From contig NC_043000.1 of the NCBI RefSeq assembly GCF_006345805.1, positions 75,702,001-75,766,000 on the forward strand: DNA of 64,000 nt. Reading direction: 5' to 3'. Source of the stretch: Octopus sinensis (Eukaryota). Positions 12,825-23,919 of this stretch are shown here, piece after piece (positions within the stretch are counted from its first letter, which is position 1; every line of letters starts with the position of its first letter). The translations under genes and the position numbers were made by a program. Below the pieces are notes generated by a model. It saw only the letters and a program-made list of their open reading frames with translations, was not told where the DNA came from and ran no database searches.

Positions 12825-13404
12825 TCTATATATATATAAAACTCAACTTGTGTGTCTGTGTGTGTGTCTGCGTGTTTAACTTCCCGGCACATCTCCTCCT
12901 AGCCAACAAATCGTAGAACCACAAAAATGGGTCACTTAAAGTTTAGGCGAATGAAAATTGAACTGCGCTATTTCTGTTCCGAAATTCATCTCGCAAATGC
13001 AAAAATCGATAATGTGTTTGTTTAGGCCTTATCCCATGCATTGAATAGTGAACTTTACTCAGTCAGCTGTTTGACGTGAACTGTGTTCACCACACGTGCA
13101 AGCATGCATAAATTGCATGAAAAATTAAAAAATCAAGATATAAAAACAAATCGCTGTAAACATTGTAGAAATTCGGCAAAGAAATGAATTTTCGGGATGT
13201 AGCCTGGAGGGTTTTTTCGTATTAATCGTTTGGACTTTGTGAACACATACCAATTGTTTTCATAACATTTTTAACGCTTTGAATTAAATGTGACCATTTT
13301 GCGTTGAGTCTGCAGTTTGAATCACATTAACCAAATTTTACCAGGCCGGATTTTTGATCATCACGATACATCGCCAGCGACTCCCTGAAATCCCCGTTGA
13401 GAAA
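12825..13404 (+). mobile_element. Non-autonomous Helitron-like element (5' head, no clear 3' end)
   Basis: A|TCTATATATATATAAAACTCAACTTG head followed by a (GT/CT) microsatellite; same head repeated at 13405. Confidence 0.6.
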
Positions 13405-13524
13405 TCTATATATATAAAACTCAACTTGTGTGCCTGTGTGTGTATCTGTGTGTGTGTGTCCGTGTGTTTAACTTTTGGATCTACCAAGTTTCATTATTAA
13501 GGATGGAAAATAGTGTGTAGCAAA
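13405..13524 (+). mobile_element. Second truncated Helitron-like head
   Basis: TCTATATATATAAAACTCAACTTGTGTG...GTTTAACTT, near-identical to the 12825 head. Confidence 0.6.
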
Positions 13525-13913
13525 TCTATATATATAACGCTGAAGTTGTCTGTGTGTGGCAGGTTTGGTAGCCTTCAACTAACACTATCTCCTTTGAGAC
13601 CCTGCAGCGCAAGTTGACCAAAATTGAGAGTATGATAGAAGAAGGCTTGCTCTTCATTCTGTAGAATATAAAATTCAAATCGGACCATGTTAACACCAAA
13701 AATTATTTACATCAAAAAGGTGCTTTTTTTCTATGAAAATCCTTATCTTTTACGATTTTTGACTGCTGTGTCACCATTTTTCGGTGTATTTCAACTGGAA
13801 AAATGTTCACTTGAAGAGAATAACAAGTTGCATAATGCAAAATTTTTACTTTTCAAAAATTCCAATTCTAAAGGGTCGAAACAAACCCAAGCAACACCGG
13901 GTGATACTGCAAG
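13525..13913 (+). mobile_element. Complete non-autonomous Helitron
   Basis: Sits between A and T; 5' TCTATATATATAA; 3' subterminal hairpin-like ACCCAAGCAACACCGGGT, then CTGCAAG|T (degenerate CTAG end). Confidence 0.75.
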
Positions 13914-14914
13914 TCATAAATAAAAAATAAGATATATTTATATTTTTAAAAACATATAATTAGATCATAAAAAGTACAAAAATGAATAAACAATATATAA
14001 TAAGTAAAAAAATTATGTTTCATGGCTATAATTTAAATTCAAATTACAATTAAATTTAAATTTAATCGAAAAACAATTCAATTTAAAATTATAGTCACTC
14101 TTCAGGTTTACAATAATAACAATAATAGTTAAACAAAATCATATTTCTTATAGAAGAAACTCCATTAACTAAATATGAAACTTAAAACATTAGGACCAGT
14201 TGCCTATAATACATTTATCATGTTAAATATTTAAGGTAAAAAAATAGAGTAAATAGATAGAAAAATGTATTTATCTGTGAAGATATAATTTAGCTTAATA
14301 AAAAAACATTAAAAAACTATAGAATATCTTTAACCTAGCTATACTCTAATATTTAATTACCAAACTATTTTACAAAACAATCACTCTAAATATTTTTAGA
14401 TTTTAGTTCACATATAATAATTAGATTTTAGTTCACATATAATAATTATAAAATAATAAAATTATATAAAAGTACGATTTAAATTATAATCAACAAATAC
14501 AATAATTAAAAATCCATGTTTTTCAATCAATAAACATATAAATAAATAAATTACTCCATTATTACTTAAATAAATATTATAGATATCATTCCGAAAATAA
14601 TTATGAAATAAAAAATACGAAATGAAAACTTCCAAAGTAAAAACGTATAACTCATCGTTTATAAAATTATTTGCATAAAAAGTAATTATTATTATTATTA
14701 TTATTAAATTAATAGTACTAGAAATATAATAAGAACTTTTAGTTATACTAAAGCATTTTTACAATCTAAATCACAAAGTGACAAACTAATATTTTACAAT
14801 TTACATTCAGATATAATAATTATAAAACAATAATAATTAAATAAATGTATGCATCTAAATTATCATTAACAAATAAAAAATTAGAAATTTATATCTAACA
14901 ATCAATACTTTATT

Positions 14915-14928
14915 TATGTATGTGTGTT

Positions 14929-14967
<39 letters not shown>

Positions 14968-15067
14968 ATGTATGTATGTATATGTATGTATGTATATGTA
15001 TGTATGTATGTATATATATGAATATATATGTATATATATATGTGTATATATATATATATGTATATAA
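14915..15067. repeat. (TA)n/(TATG)n microsatellite
   Basis: Directly visible. Confidence 0.92.
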
Positions 15068-16350
15068 ATCATCATCATTTAGCATGGGTTGGACGGTTCA
15101 ACTGGGGTCTGGGAGGCCAGAAGGCTGCACCAGGCCCAGTCTGATCTGGCAATGTTTCTACGGCTGGATGCTATTCCTAACGCCAACCACTCCGTGAGTG
15201 TAGTGGGTGCTTTTTACGTGCCACCGGCACAGGTGCCAGTCGGGGCTGGCAATGGCCACGTTCGGACAGTTCGCTTACATGCCACCGGTATCACAGCTAC
15301 AATTTCCATTGATGTTGATCGATTTCGATTTTGATTCTGATTCTCACTTGCCTCAACAGGTCTTCACAAGTAGAGTTTTGTGTCCCAAGAATAAATATTA
15401 AGGTATGCATAAGTGGACTGGCTACATCCTAGGTAGAGGCCATGGGTTATGGCCTCACTTGTCCTGCCGGGTCTTCTCATGCGCAGCATACTTCCATAGG
15501 TTTCGGCCTCTAGTCATTTCCTCGGTGAGACCTAAAGTTCAAAGGTCCTGCTTCACCGCCTCGTCCCAGGTTTTCCTGGGTCTACCTCTTCCACAGGTTC
15601 CCTCAACTGCTAGGGTGTGGCACTTTTGCACACAACTATCTTCATCCATTCTCGTCACATGACCATACCAGCGCAATCGTCTTTCTTGCACACCACAACT
15701 GATGCTTCTTAGATCCAACTTTTCTCTCAAGGTACTTACACTCTGTCGAGCATGAACACTGACATTACACATCCAACGGAGCATACTGGCTTCATTTCTT
15801 GCGAGCTTACGCATATCCTCAGCAGTCACAGCCCATGTTTCACTACCATGTAGCATGGCTGTTCGTACACATGCATCATACAGTCTGCCTTTTACTTTGA
15901 GCGAGAGGCCTTTTGTCACCAGCAGGGGTAAGAGCTCTCTGAACTTTGCCCAGGCTATTCTTACTCTAGCAGTTACACTTTCAGCACACCCACCCCCGCT
16001 ACTGACTTGGTCACCTAGGTAACGGAAGCTATCAACTATTTCTAGTTTTTCTCTCTGAAATGTAGTGGAAGTTGGTCTCTGCGCATTTTCAGTGTTGATT
16101 GCTCCTGAGCATCTGCCATACAAAAACTATTTTCCTAGTTAGCCTTCTTTTGACATTGCTGCACCTCTTATGTGTCCATAGCTTACACTTGGTGCATCTT
16201 ATAGAGTTTCTACCTATGCCTTTTCTACAGATCGAGCAGGGCCATCTACCTGAAGGCGTTTGTGATTTGTCTACCTTCCTACTTATTATGACTTTGGTTT
16301 TAGCTAGGTTGACTCTAAGGCCCTTCGATTCTAATCCTTGCTTCCACACC
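15068..16350 (-). mobile_element. 5'-truncated RTE LINE (PHD family), 3' portion
   Basis: ORFs 16089-16391 (VWKQGLES, PHD) and 15539-16123 (FRYLGD, LRWYGHV, GRPRKTW); 3' UTR and (CAT)n tail at 15068. Confidence 0.93.
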
Positions 16351-17407
16351 TGATAGTTCTGATTAGAGCAGACTGTTTGTAGACCAGTCAACCCCAGGGA
16401 GGTTGAAGTCCCCCATCATTAAGATGTTGTCAGGTTGACACTGCTGGATGAAACACTTTATGTTGTTGAAGCATTCCTTGAAGCAAGATAGGGGCATTTG
16501 GGGTGGTCTGTAGAGCCCAACTACTATTAAGTTGTTGGTTTGACTGAATACAGCGACTGCTTTGCAGTATCCATTAGAAAATATGTTCATAGCCTCTGTT
16601 GAGAAATAATTATGAACATAAATGGCAGTCCCACCCTTTCTTCTGCCAGCATGATCAGCACAAATGGCTTTGAAATTTTTCACTTTCCCCTCAGCTTCCA
16701 AGTGGAGGTTACTGAGATGGGTTTCAGTGAGGACAAAGAAAGGGATGTGGTTTGGATTGTTATCAACCCAGTCCTTCAGGAATTTTATCTTCCATTTTTG
16801 AGTATTGGTGGAAGGGCTGATGCCTTGGGTGTTAAGCAAAAAAGGGTGATAGCTCGAATGTTTGTTTCCAGTTTTTTGGCTAGATTCATAATAGCTAAAA
16901 AATCGGAAGACGTTTCCTGTCTAGGGAACTGTAGGTGACTGGTTGTGGTTATTTTTATGAGTCATAGGTTTTTTTTGCTTTTATTTCTATTATCATTTGT
17001 CCGATGAGTCCCTGGGAGATGGGTAAAGGGACAATCCCTGTGAAAACACAATCTGTCTCGCTGGGAATAGCAGCAGATTTGGGGGTTCCTTGTTTGAGAT
17101 ATTGGTGGTTGTGGTGGTGTTGTAATAGAGTATGTATTATGGTGGTGGCTGTTGTTGTTTGTGGGGATAGAGCGTTTTGTCCCAGGTAAATGGGTGAATT
17201 TGCAGTCTCTATCAGTGCATAATCTATAGCAGAGAGAATAGCAGAATAGCGGCAAATGATGGGGTTTTGAGTGAGTGTATAGGTGCGTGTGTGAGTTGTG
17301 AGAGTGTAGATGATAGTTTGTTGAGGTTTTGGCAAACTTTGTGACCTGTGGGATGTAGAGTTCTTGAACTAGTAGTAGGAGGTAGATTTCTTGAGGTAGC
17401 AGTAGTG

Positions 17408-17438
<31 letters not shown>

Positions 17439-17950
17439 GCAGAGGAGATGTTGACAGTGATGATGATTGAGGTGTATTCCATGAGATAGCAGTAGACAAT
17501 GATATTTTTGGATTGATAGTCGTTGTAGTACTAGTAGTAGTAGACAGAGGAGATAATGTTGACAGTGATGATGATTGAGCTACTGGAGCAGTGAAGGGAA
17601 GGGGTGATGCTTCCTGCTGTGAGACCCTAATGACTGGTGGGGTGGGGGTCAATCGTTTCCTTTAGATGAGTGGTTCATACTGTTGTTGTTGATGCTGCTG
17701 AAGTTGTTGTAAAATGGAAAAAAATACTACTGGCCTATGGTATGCCTGAAGAAACAACAGCAGCAACTATGATACTCTATAACAACACCAAACCAATGGT
17801 AAGATCCCCAGATGAAGATACAAGCTTCTTTGATATCAAAGCTGGAGTACTCCAAGGGGTCACATTGGGATTTAGAGGTTGTGAGTCCAACCAACTAAGG
17901 AATAGTACCTATCCAATATACTGCTGATAGTGTACCTAGTTATTAATACC
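16351..17950 (-). mobile_element. CR1/Jockey-group LINE 5' fragment (ORF1-like region + APE endonuclease)
   Basis: 16363-16839: LTETHL, GGTAIYV, GLYRPP, GDFNLPGVDW (CR1/Jockey-type APE). Upstream S/T-rich and CCCH-like ORF1 pieces (16962-17652). Clade assignment tentative. Confidence 0.75.
17709..17868 (+). repeat. 160-bp copy of 20262-20421 (RT fragment) inserted in the LINE ORF1 region
   Basis: 159/160 identical by eye to 20262-20421. Confidence 0.93.
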
Positions 17951-18267
17951 TAAGTACTGGTTATTGCATGGCAATTTCACTATTGAGTGTAATAAATGGG
18001 TGAGGGTAAAAAGCGGTTTACCCTTATATGGCAAGAAGAAAATTTTATCTACCAATCACTACAGAACACTGAAGAGATGGAAATAACATGTAGGGTATTG
18101 GGACCTCTTGGCAGAAACAGCTGTAAGAAACTGTTCTTTTTCTATTATATGAATTACTGGTACGTATGTAGTAATACACAGTCTTTACATATGTATATAT
18201 TCTCATAAATGTTTTAGAATAAATGACATAATATAATGTCTAACAGTTGATGTATACTATTTCTGTA

Positions 18268-18700
18268 TCATCATCATCATCATCGTTTAACTTTCCATGC
18301 TAGCATGGGTTGGACGATTTGACTGAGGACTGGCAAACCAGAGGGCTGCGTCAGGCTCCAATATGATCTGGCAGAGTTTCTACAGCTGGATGCCCTTCCT
18401 AACGCCAACCACTCCGAGAGTGTAGTGGGTGCTTTTAAAGTGCCACCAGCACGAGGGCCAGTCTGACAGTACTAGCAACGGCCATGCTCGAAAATGGTTT
18501 TTTTTCCATGCCACCTGCACAGGAGTCAGTCACTGGCAATGACCTCGCTCGAATGTTTTGTTCATGTGCCACCGGCTCAAATGGTGCACTTTACGTGCCA
18601 GACAGCTGCTCTGGCAGTGATCCCATTTGGATGGAGCTGTTAGCGCTCCACTGTCATCGAATTTGGTTCAATTTCGATTTCACTTGCCCCAACAGATCTT
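18268..18700 (-). mobile_element. RTE 3' UTR/tail fragment (SINE-like)
   Basis: (CAT)n-CGTTTAAC...CCATGCTAGCATGGGTTGGACG...GGATGCCCTTCCTAACGCCAACC, as in the other RTE tails. Confidence 0.88.
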
Positions 18701-18870
18701 CGTAAGCATATATATATTAGAAATATTGCATTTCTAAATCTTTCAGAGAGACTTATACAGTAGCAGTATGATAAAGTGATGGTTTGTTGCCAACTTAATT
18801 TGGCAGTCCCAGCAAAGGGGAAAATGCTACGTTTCCAGTTGGCTATGTGACACAAGTGCCCTTAAGTTTG

Positions 18871-19188
18871 ATTGGAGCCAGACACAGCCCTCTGGTTTGC
18901 CAGTCCTCAGTCAAATCGTCCAACCCATGCTAGCATGGAAAGTTAAACGATGATGATGATGATACAGAAATAGTATACATCAACTGTTAGACATTATATT
19001 ATGTCATTTATTCTAAAACATTTATGAGAATATATACATATGTAAAGACTGTGTATTACATACATACGTACCAGTAATTCATATAATAGAAAAAGAACAG
19101 TTTCTTACAGCTGTTTCTGCCAAGAGGTCACAATACCCTACATGTTATTTCCATCTCTTCAGTGTTCTGTAGTGATTGGTAGATAAAA
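18871..19188 (+). repeat. Inverted copy of 18043-18362, flanked by 16-bp direct repeats
   Basis: Reverse complement of 18043-18362 with only a few differences; AAGTGCCCTTAAGTTT at 18854-18869 and 19188-19203. Confidence 0.92.
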
Positions 19189-19230
19189 AGTGCCCTTAAG
19201 TTTTCAAACAGGGGAGATAAGTACCTCTAC

Positions 19231-19304
19231 CCAGCAAGCCAACATCCAGAAACTAGTTTCAGAGTCATTGCTCTTCATCAGTCTGGAGTAGCTTGGCTTG
19301 CTGG
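19231..19304 (-). ncRNA. Type I hammerhead ribozyme motif
   Basis: Minus strand: ccagcaagccaa-gctac-TCCAGA-CTGATGA-AGAG caatga CTCT-GAAA-C ta G-T-T-TCTGGA-tg-ttggcttgctgg. Intact core, 6-bp stem I extended by 12 bp, 4-bp stem II, palindromic minimal stem III, GUU triplet. Confidence 0.85.
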
Positions 19305-19659
19305 CTGTCGATGCTTATTCACCTTTGAAAGCATATAGAATTTCAAGTGAAATAAATTCACTGATGTACAAAATTAGAAATATTGCATTTCTAAATCTCC
19401 CAGCAAAGGGAAGAATGCTACTGCTATTTAGTCCCAAGAAATACCGTTTCCAGTTGGCAATGTGACACAAGCATACTGTGTCCTTAAATTGGCAACAAAC
19501 AATCACTTCATCATGCTGCTACTGTATAAGTCTCTCTGAGAGATTTAGAAATGTAGTATTTCTAATTTTGTAGATCAGTGAATTTATTTCACTTGAAATT
19601 CTATGTCTTCAAAGGTGAATAAGCATCGACAGCTAGCAAGACAAGCTACAAGCTTTGTC

Positions 19660-20550
19660 CATTCACTGGCCTAGTAAATGAAATAAGCAGACATAAAATC
19701 TCCAACAAGTTAAAAATTAAAGCTAAAAATCCACAGGAAGGCTTAGAAAAGTGGAGGGATCGTTTTCAAAAGTTGCTTGGGAATATACCCTCATTTTCTG
19801 ATCTAGATGTAACATCAGTTATTGACCACACTCTTGATATTATACTAGCATTGATGAATTGACAGAAATCCTTAAAAAACACCAAAAACATTGGATAACT
19901 GGATAACATTCTGCCTAAAGTTTGGAAAACAAGAGAATTCAACAATATTCTGTTTGGCTTCTGCAATACAGTCTACAATGGAGGCAACATTGACAAATGG
20001 ACAGAAGGCTGCTTACTCCCATTTCCAAAGAAAGGTGATTTGGGTCTCACAAAGAACTCATACAGCCACTGCTGCAAAAATTTATAATTCACTCCTACTC
20101 AACAGGATACAACCAGAAATTAAGAAAGTTTTGAGAAGAAATCAAAATAGATCAGGTGATGGACAAATACTTACAGTTCATCTACAAGGAGTAGAAGCCA
20201 GAAATTTTGAAGCAGTATTAGTTTGTTGATTTCTCAAAGGCTTTTGACTCTATCCACTGTGGTAAAATGGAAAAAAATACTACTGGCCTATGGTATGCCT
20301 GAAGAAACAACAGCAGCAACTATGATACTCTATAACAACACCAAACCAATGGTAAGATTCCCAGATGAAGATACAAGCTTCTTTGATATCAAAGCTGGAG
20401 TACTCCAAGGGGTCACATTGGCACCTTTTTATTTGTGATCACTGGATTATGTCCTCAGAACATCACTTGACAATCTAAACAGCCTCTGTTTCACACACAT
20501 GAAAAGAAGATCAACTGGACATCCGACTCAAAAAATAACCAATGCAAACA
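19660..20550 (+). mobile_element. Degraded RTE LINE RT fragment
   Basis: Frameshifted LPFPKKGDLG, AAKIYNSLLLNRI, DFSKAFDSI and GVLQGVTLAPF motifs. Confidence 0.82.
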
Positions 20551-20559
20551 CAGGAAATG

Positions 20560-21100
20560 GATTCTCTCAAATGACTGGGAGGCTCCCTAGAAGTAGTTAG
20601 TAACTTCTTTTATGTGAATGGCATAATTAGCAGTGGTGATGGATTTTCTGAGAACAGAGTGAGAACAGGTTAGGAAAAGTTTAAGGGTCTACTACTTCTA
20701 CTGGCAACAAAGATCTTTTCTCTTAAATTGAAGGGCAGATTGTACAATGCTTGTGTTCAAAATGCATGGCAGTGAGATGTAGGTCTTGAATGAAGATGTG
20801 CAAAGGCAGGAAAGACATGAACTAAGAAAATAACTGAATATAAGAGGATCATCTATAGTGTGCAAGAGAAAAGACTGTGCTGGTACAAGTATGTGGTGTA
20901 CGTGGAGGATGATTGTTACATAAGGAAATGTTGTGTGCTCCAAGTTAGTAGAATCTGGGGAAGGAGGAGACTAAGGACGATTTAGGACAAAGTGGTGAAG
21001 ACTGATATGAAAATGCTGCATCTTGGAACGGAGATAACCCCAAATGACCATTTATACCACCACACTACCCCAGGTGACATCATACCAACCATGGCTGTAA
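20560..21100 (+). mobile_element. Degraded 3' fragment of the PHD-family RTE
   Basis: Similar to 11735-12300 (LEVV, LKGRLYNACV, WYKYVV, GRRRL). Confidence 0.65.
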
Positions 21101-22605
21101 ATCAATAAATCAAAAAACAAATATGAATCTTATATCATTGATCTTTATTAAAATTAATAATTTTCTTTCTTCACAAAAAAAAAGAAGAGATAGCAAGATA
21201 CAGAGAGAGAGAGGGGGGAGGAAGATAGGGAGAGACAGCAAGAAAGAGAAAGAGAGAGAGAGATTTATACAATATCGAAAGGGGATGGGGGGATTTACAA
21301 AATCTGGTCAAGGAATCAGATAATGGAAGGCTATTTACACGCAGTAATAAAATACAAATTGTTGGGAATCCAGAAAATGTCTTTGGTTGTTCCTGAATTA
21401 AACATTTTTTGATCTTTAAGTCATCTAGAAGGGAAGGAGAGTGGGGCCTTTTGTCCTCTTTAAGTCATCTGAAAGGGAAGGAAGTGGAAGGGGGAATTTT
21501 CGTTAAATCAGCTGATTTCAAATTTGTTTTTTAATAACTTTTTAAACTTCAATTTTAATAATTTCTTTCTCATTTGTCAATTAAGCATTCAATAACTTTG
21601 ACAAATATGCAAACAGTTCAACAAAATCATTTCTTTTATTTGAGAGAGAGAGAGAGAGAGAGAGAAGCAGTAACCATTTTATATGTAGGTTTTATGTTGG
21701 CAGACATGAAACGTTAGCAGCATGCTTATTTTTTAAAAGGTATTTAATTTACATAGACAAAATATTTAACATGTACAACATATTTCATTAATATGTCCAA
21801 CATATCTCACAGAAATTATTAAACCAGGCAGAAAACTATAGGTGTTTATATTTAATTATTCTAATTTAGATGCTATTACAAGTTTCATGTGAGAAAGAAT
21901 AATTTTTGAAACAATCCAACTTCAAGACACTCAGAGAGGAAACAGTTAAATCATTTGTAACTACAGCAAAATATGAAGTTAGAAATGACTGGCCAGCGCA
22001 CAGCATATCAGACATACAAGACATTGATAACCATAAGGTGTTGCATAAAACAGCAAAATCATCCACACATGAATTTCCAGCAACAAAAGATTAGTCAAGC
22101 ACTGACATAAATCAATGTTCACAAATATGCAAGCACATACACACAATACATACACTAATAGAAACATCACCAGTCACTTGATACACACACTGCAGTGTAT
22201 CCAAAGGTTGCATGAATCTTCAAATTACACTCACAATTGCAAGATGATAAAATATTTTGAATTTTACAGTGCTACCAGTACTTAGAGGTGTAAGTTGTAG
22301 TTGCACTATGGTACCTATTTATAACTAGACAGATATTAGACACATCACAGCACCAGTGATAAAATATACACCATTGCTATCATCTCTTCAACTATCTGTC
22401 CAGAAACCTAGAAGTTAAGTCAGCTAGAACAATTTTAACACACATTTACATGTTCAGATATATCCATATATATATATATATATAAATAAATATATGTAGG
22501 CTCAAAACGTAAAAGACTTTTTCTATTCCTGAGCATAATACTAATACATCTGTTTGTTTTGTACACCACCTGTCTTAGCCTTTTGTTTTTTTCATAAACT
22601 CTCCC

Positions 22606-22637
<32 letters not shown>

Positions 22638-23546
22638 TACATATATGCATAAATACGTACACAGGAACATACATGCATGCATCTATGTAGCCACTAGCAG
22701 TGGGCACTTCCTACAAGTTTATAGTATATATTTAAACCTAATTCACAATCACAAAACATTTAATTAATTGAATCCACTACAAATGTCTAAGTGAAGAAGC
22801 TGATCAAAATAAGAATTTTTAAAAGATCTTTCTGGGAGCAAAATGCCTCTTAATTTGAGCAAAGGCCAAAACATGTGCCAACGAAGATTCATTTGAACAT
22901 CTATTCCCACAGCACGTTGTTGAATGGCCATAGCAAAAACTATATGCCTCACAACAACATTTGAGATTACAGTTTTCTGCCAAACAGCTGCCTCACTGAT
23001 ATTTAGTAGCAATATACAGAAAGACATGGAATATGGACAGTATATATTTATACTATATATGTTTGTTATGTATATCATATCGTATATAACTTGTTACAGA
23101 TTTCAATGGTAGATTTGGTTTTCAGGTTCCAACAAGCAACTGTCAATGTTATGGAGATAACATTGGAGAAATTTTAACCTGATTTGTCAAGAAGAAGGAA
23201 TTTATTTGTTTGAGAATATGAAAGGTGTAGATAAAATGATAAGAAGTGTGATGTAGCATAACACAGCAAGATTAACCAGTACTTCACTGTCTGTCATTTC
23301 TTCTACCATTTAGGTCAAGTAATGACAACATTTCATCTTATGATAATCTGGAATGAATGTTATCTCATCTTTCAAGATGGAAGTGTGATAGGAGATGCAA
23401 GACATCTCTTCATACACTTACATATACGAGTGCAAACATGCATGTAAGTATGATGTGAGTGTGTACATACACACACACACACACACACATATATAAGCAA
23501 AATAACTAGTTATAAAATCTCAAGAAGAGATAGAGTAGTAACATAT

Positions 23547-23919
23547 ACTAAACAGTAAAGCCAGTCGCCACATCCAAGTGGTTGTTGAATGTTACTGCTA
23601 GTTTAACCCCAAGCAGATTCTCTGCCAGCTGGTTATCAGTGCAACATTCTGCACTCTTTATATACAATATGTCATTAGCACGGGGAGCAAACCCTTACTA
23701 CTTTCCAGCAGCTAACAGGATTGTGAGACTGACTCAGTTTCGAGATCCTGTTAGCTGCCGGAGGGTAGTAAGGGTTTGTTCCGTCTGCTAACGACATACT
23801 GTATATAAAGGGTGCAGAGTGTTGCACAGATAACCAGCTGGCGGAGAATCTGCTTAAGGTTAAACTAGTAGTAACATTCAACAGCCACTTGGATGTAGCA
23901 ACTGGCTTTACTGTTTAGT
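23547..23919. mobile_element. Fold-back MITE (near-complete palindrome, about 170-bp arms), TA-flanked, Tc1/mariner-like
   Basis: AACAGTAAAGCCAGT... at left, ...ACTGGCTTTACTGTT at right; arms pair up to a roughly 25-nt loop near 23722-23744. Confidence 0.85.

Larger units (their letters stand above)
18710..19650 (-). mobile_element. Hammerhead-bearing short repeat (Penelope pLTR-like or retrozyme-like) in partial-tandem and inverted copies
   Basis: Blocks recur at 18710-18869, 19204-19490 and 19484-19648; inverted arms 19288-19399 and 19539-19648. Confidence 0.6.

Noticed and set aside
14855-15197. Y/I/H/V-rich ORFs
   Set aside because: Translations of TA/TATG microsatellites.
22495-22610. 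GGCTCAAAACGTA repeat as the 3' half of a hammerhead/pLTR
   Set aside because: No CUGAUGA half and the GAAA G is absent; resemblance rests on recollection only.
22764-23112. ORFs downstream of the Rag stop as extra exons or a second gene
   Set aside because: No recognisable homology or convincing splice pairs; more likely UTR or intergenic.
23582-23881. Mirror ORFs on both strands (also 28587-29358)
   Set aside because: Artefacts of palindromic MITEs.
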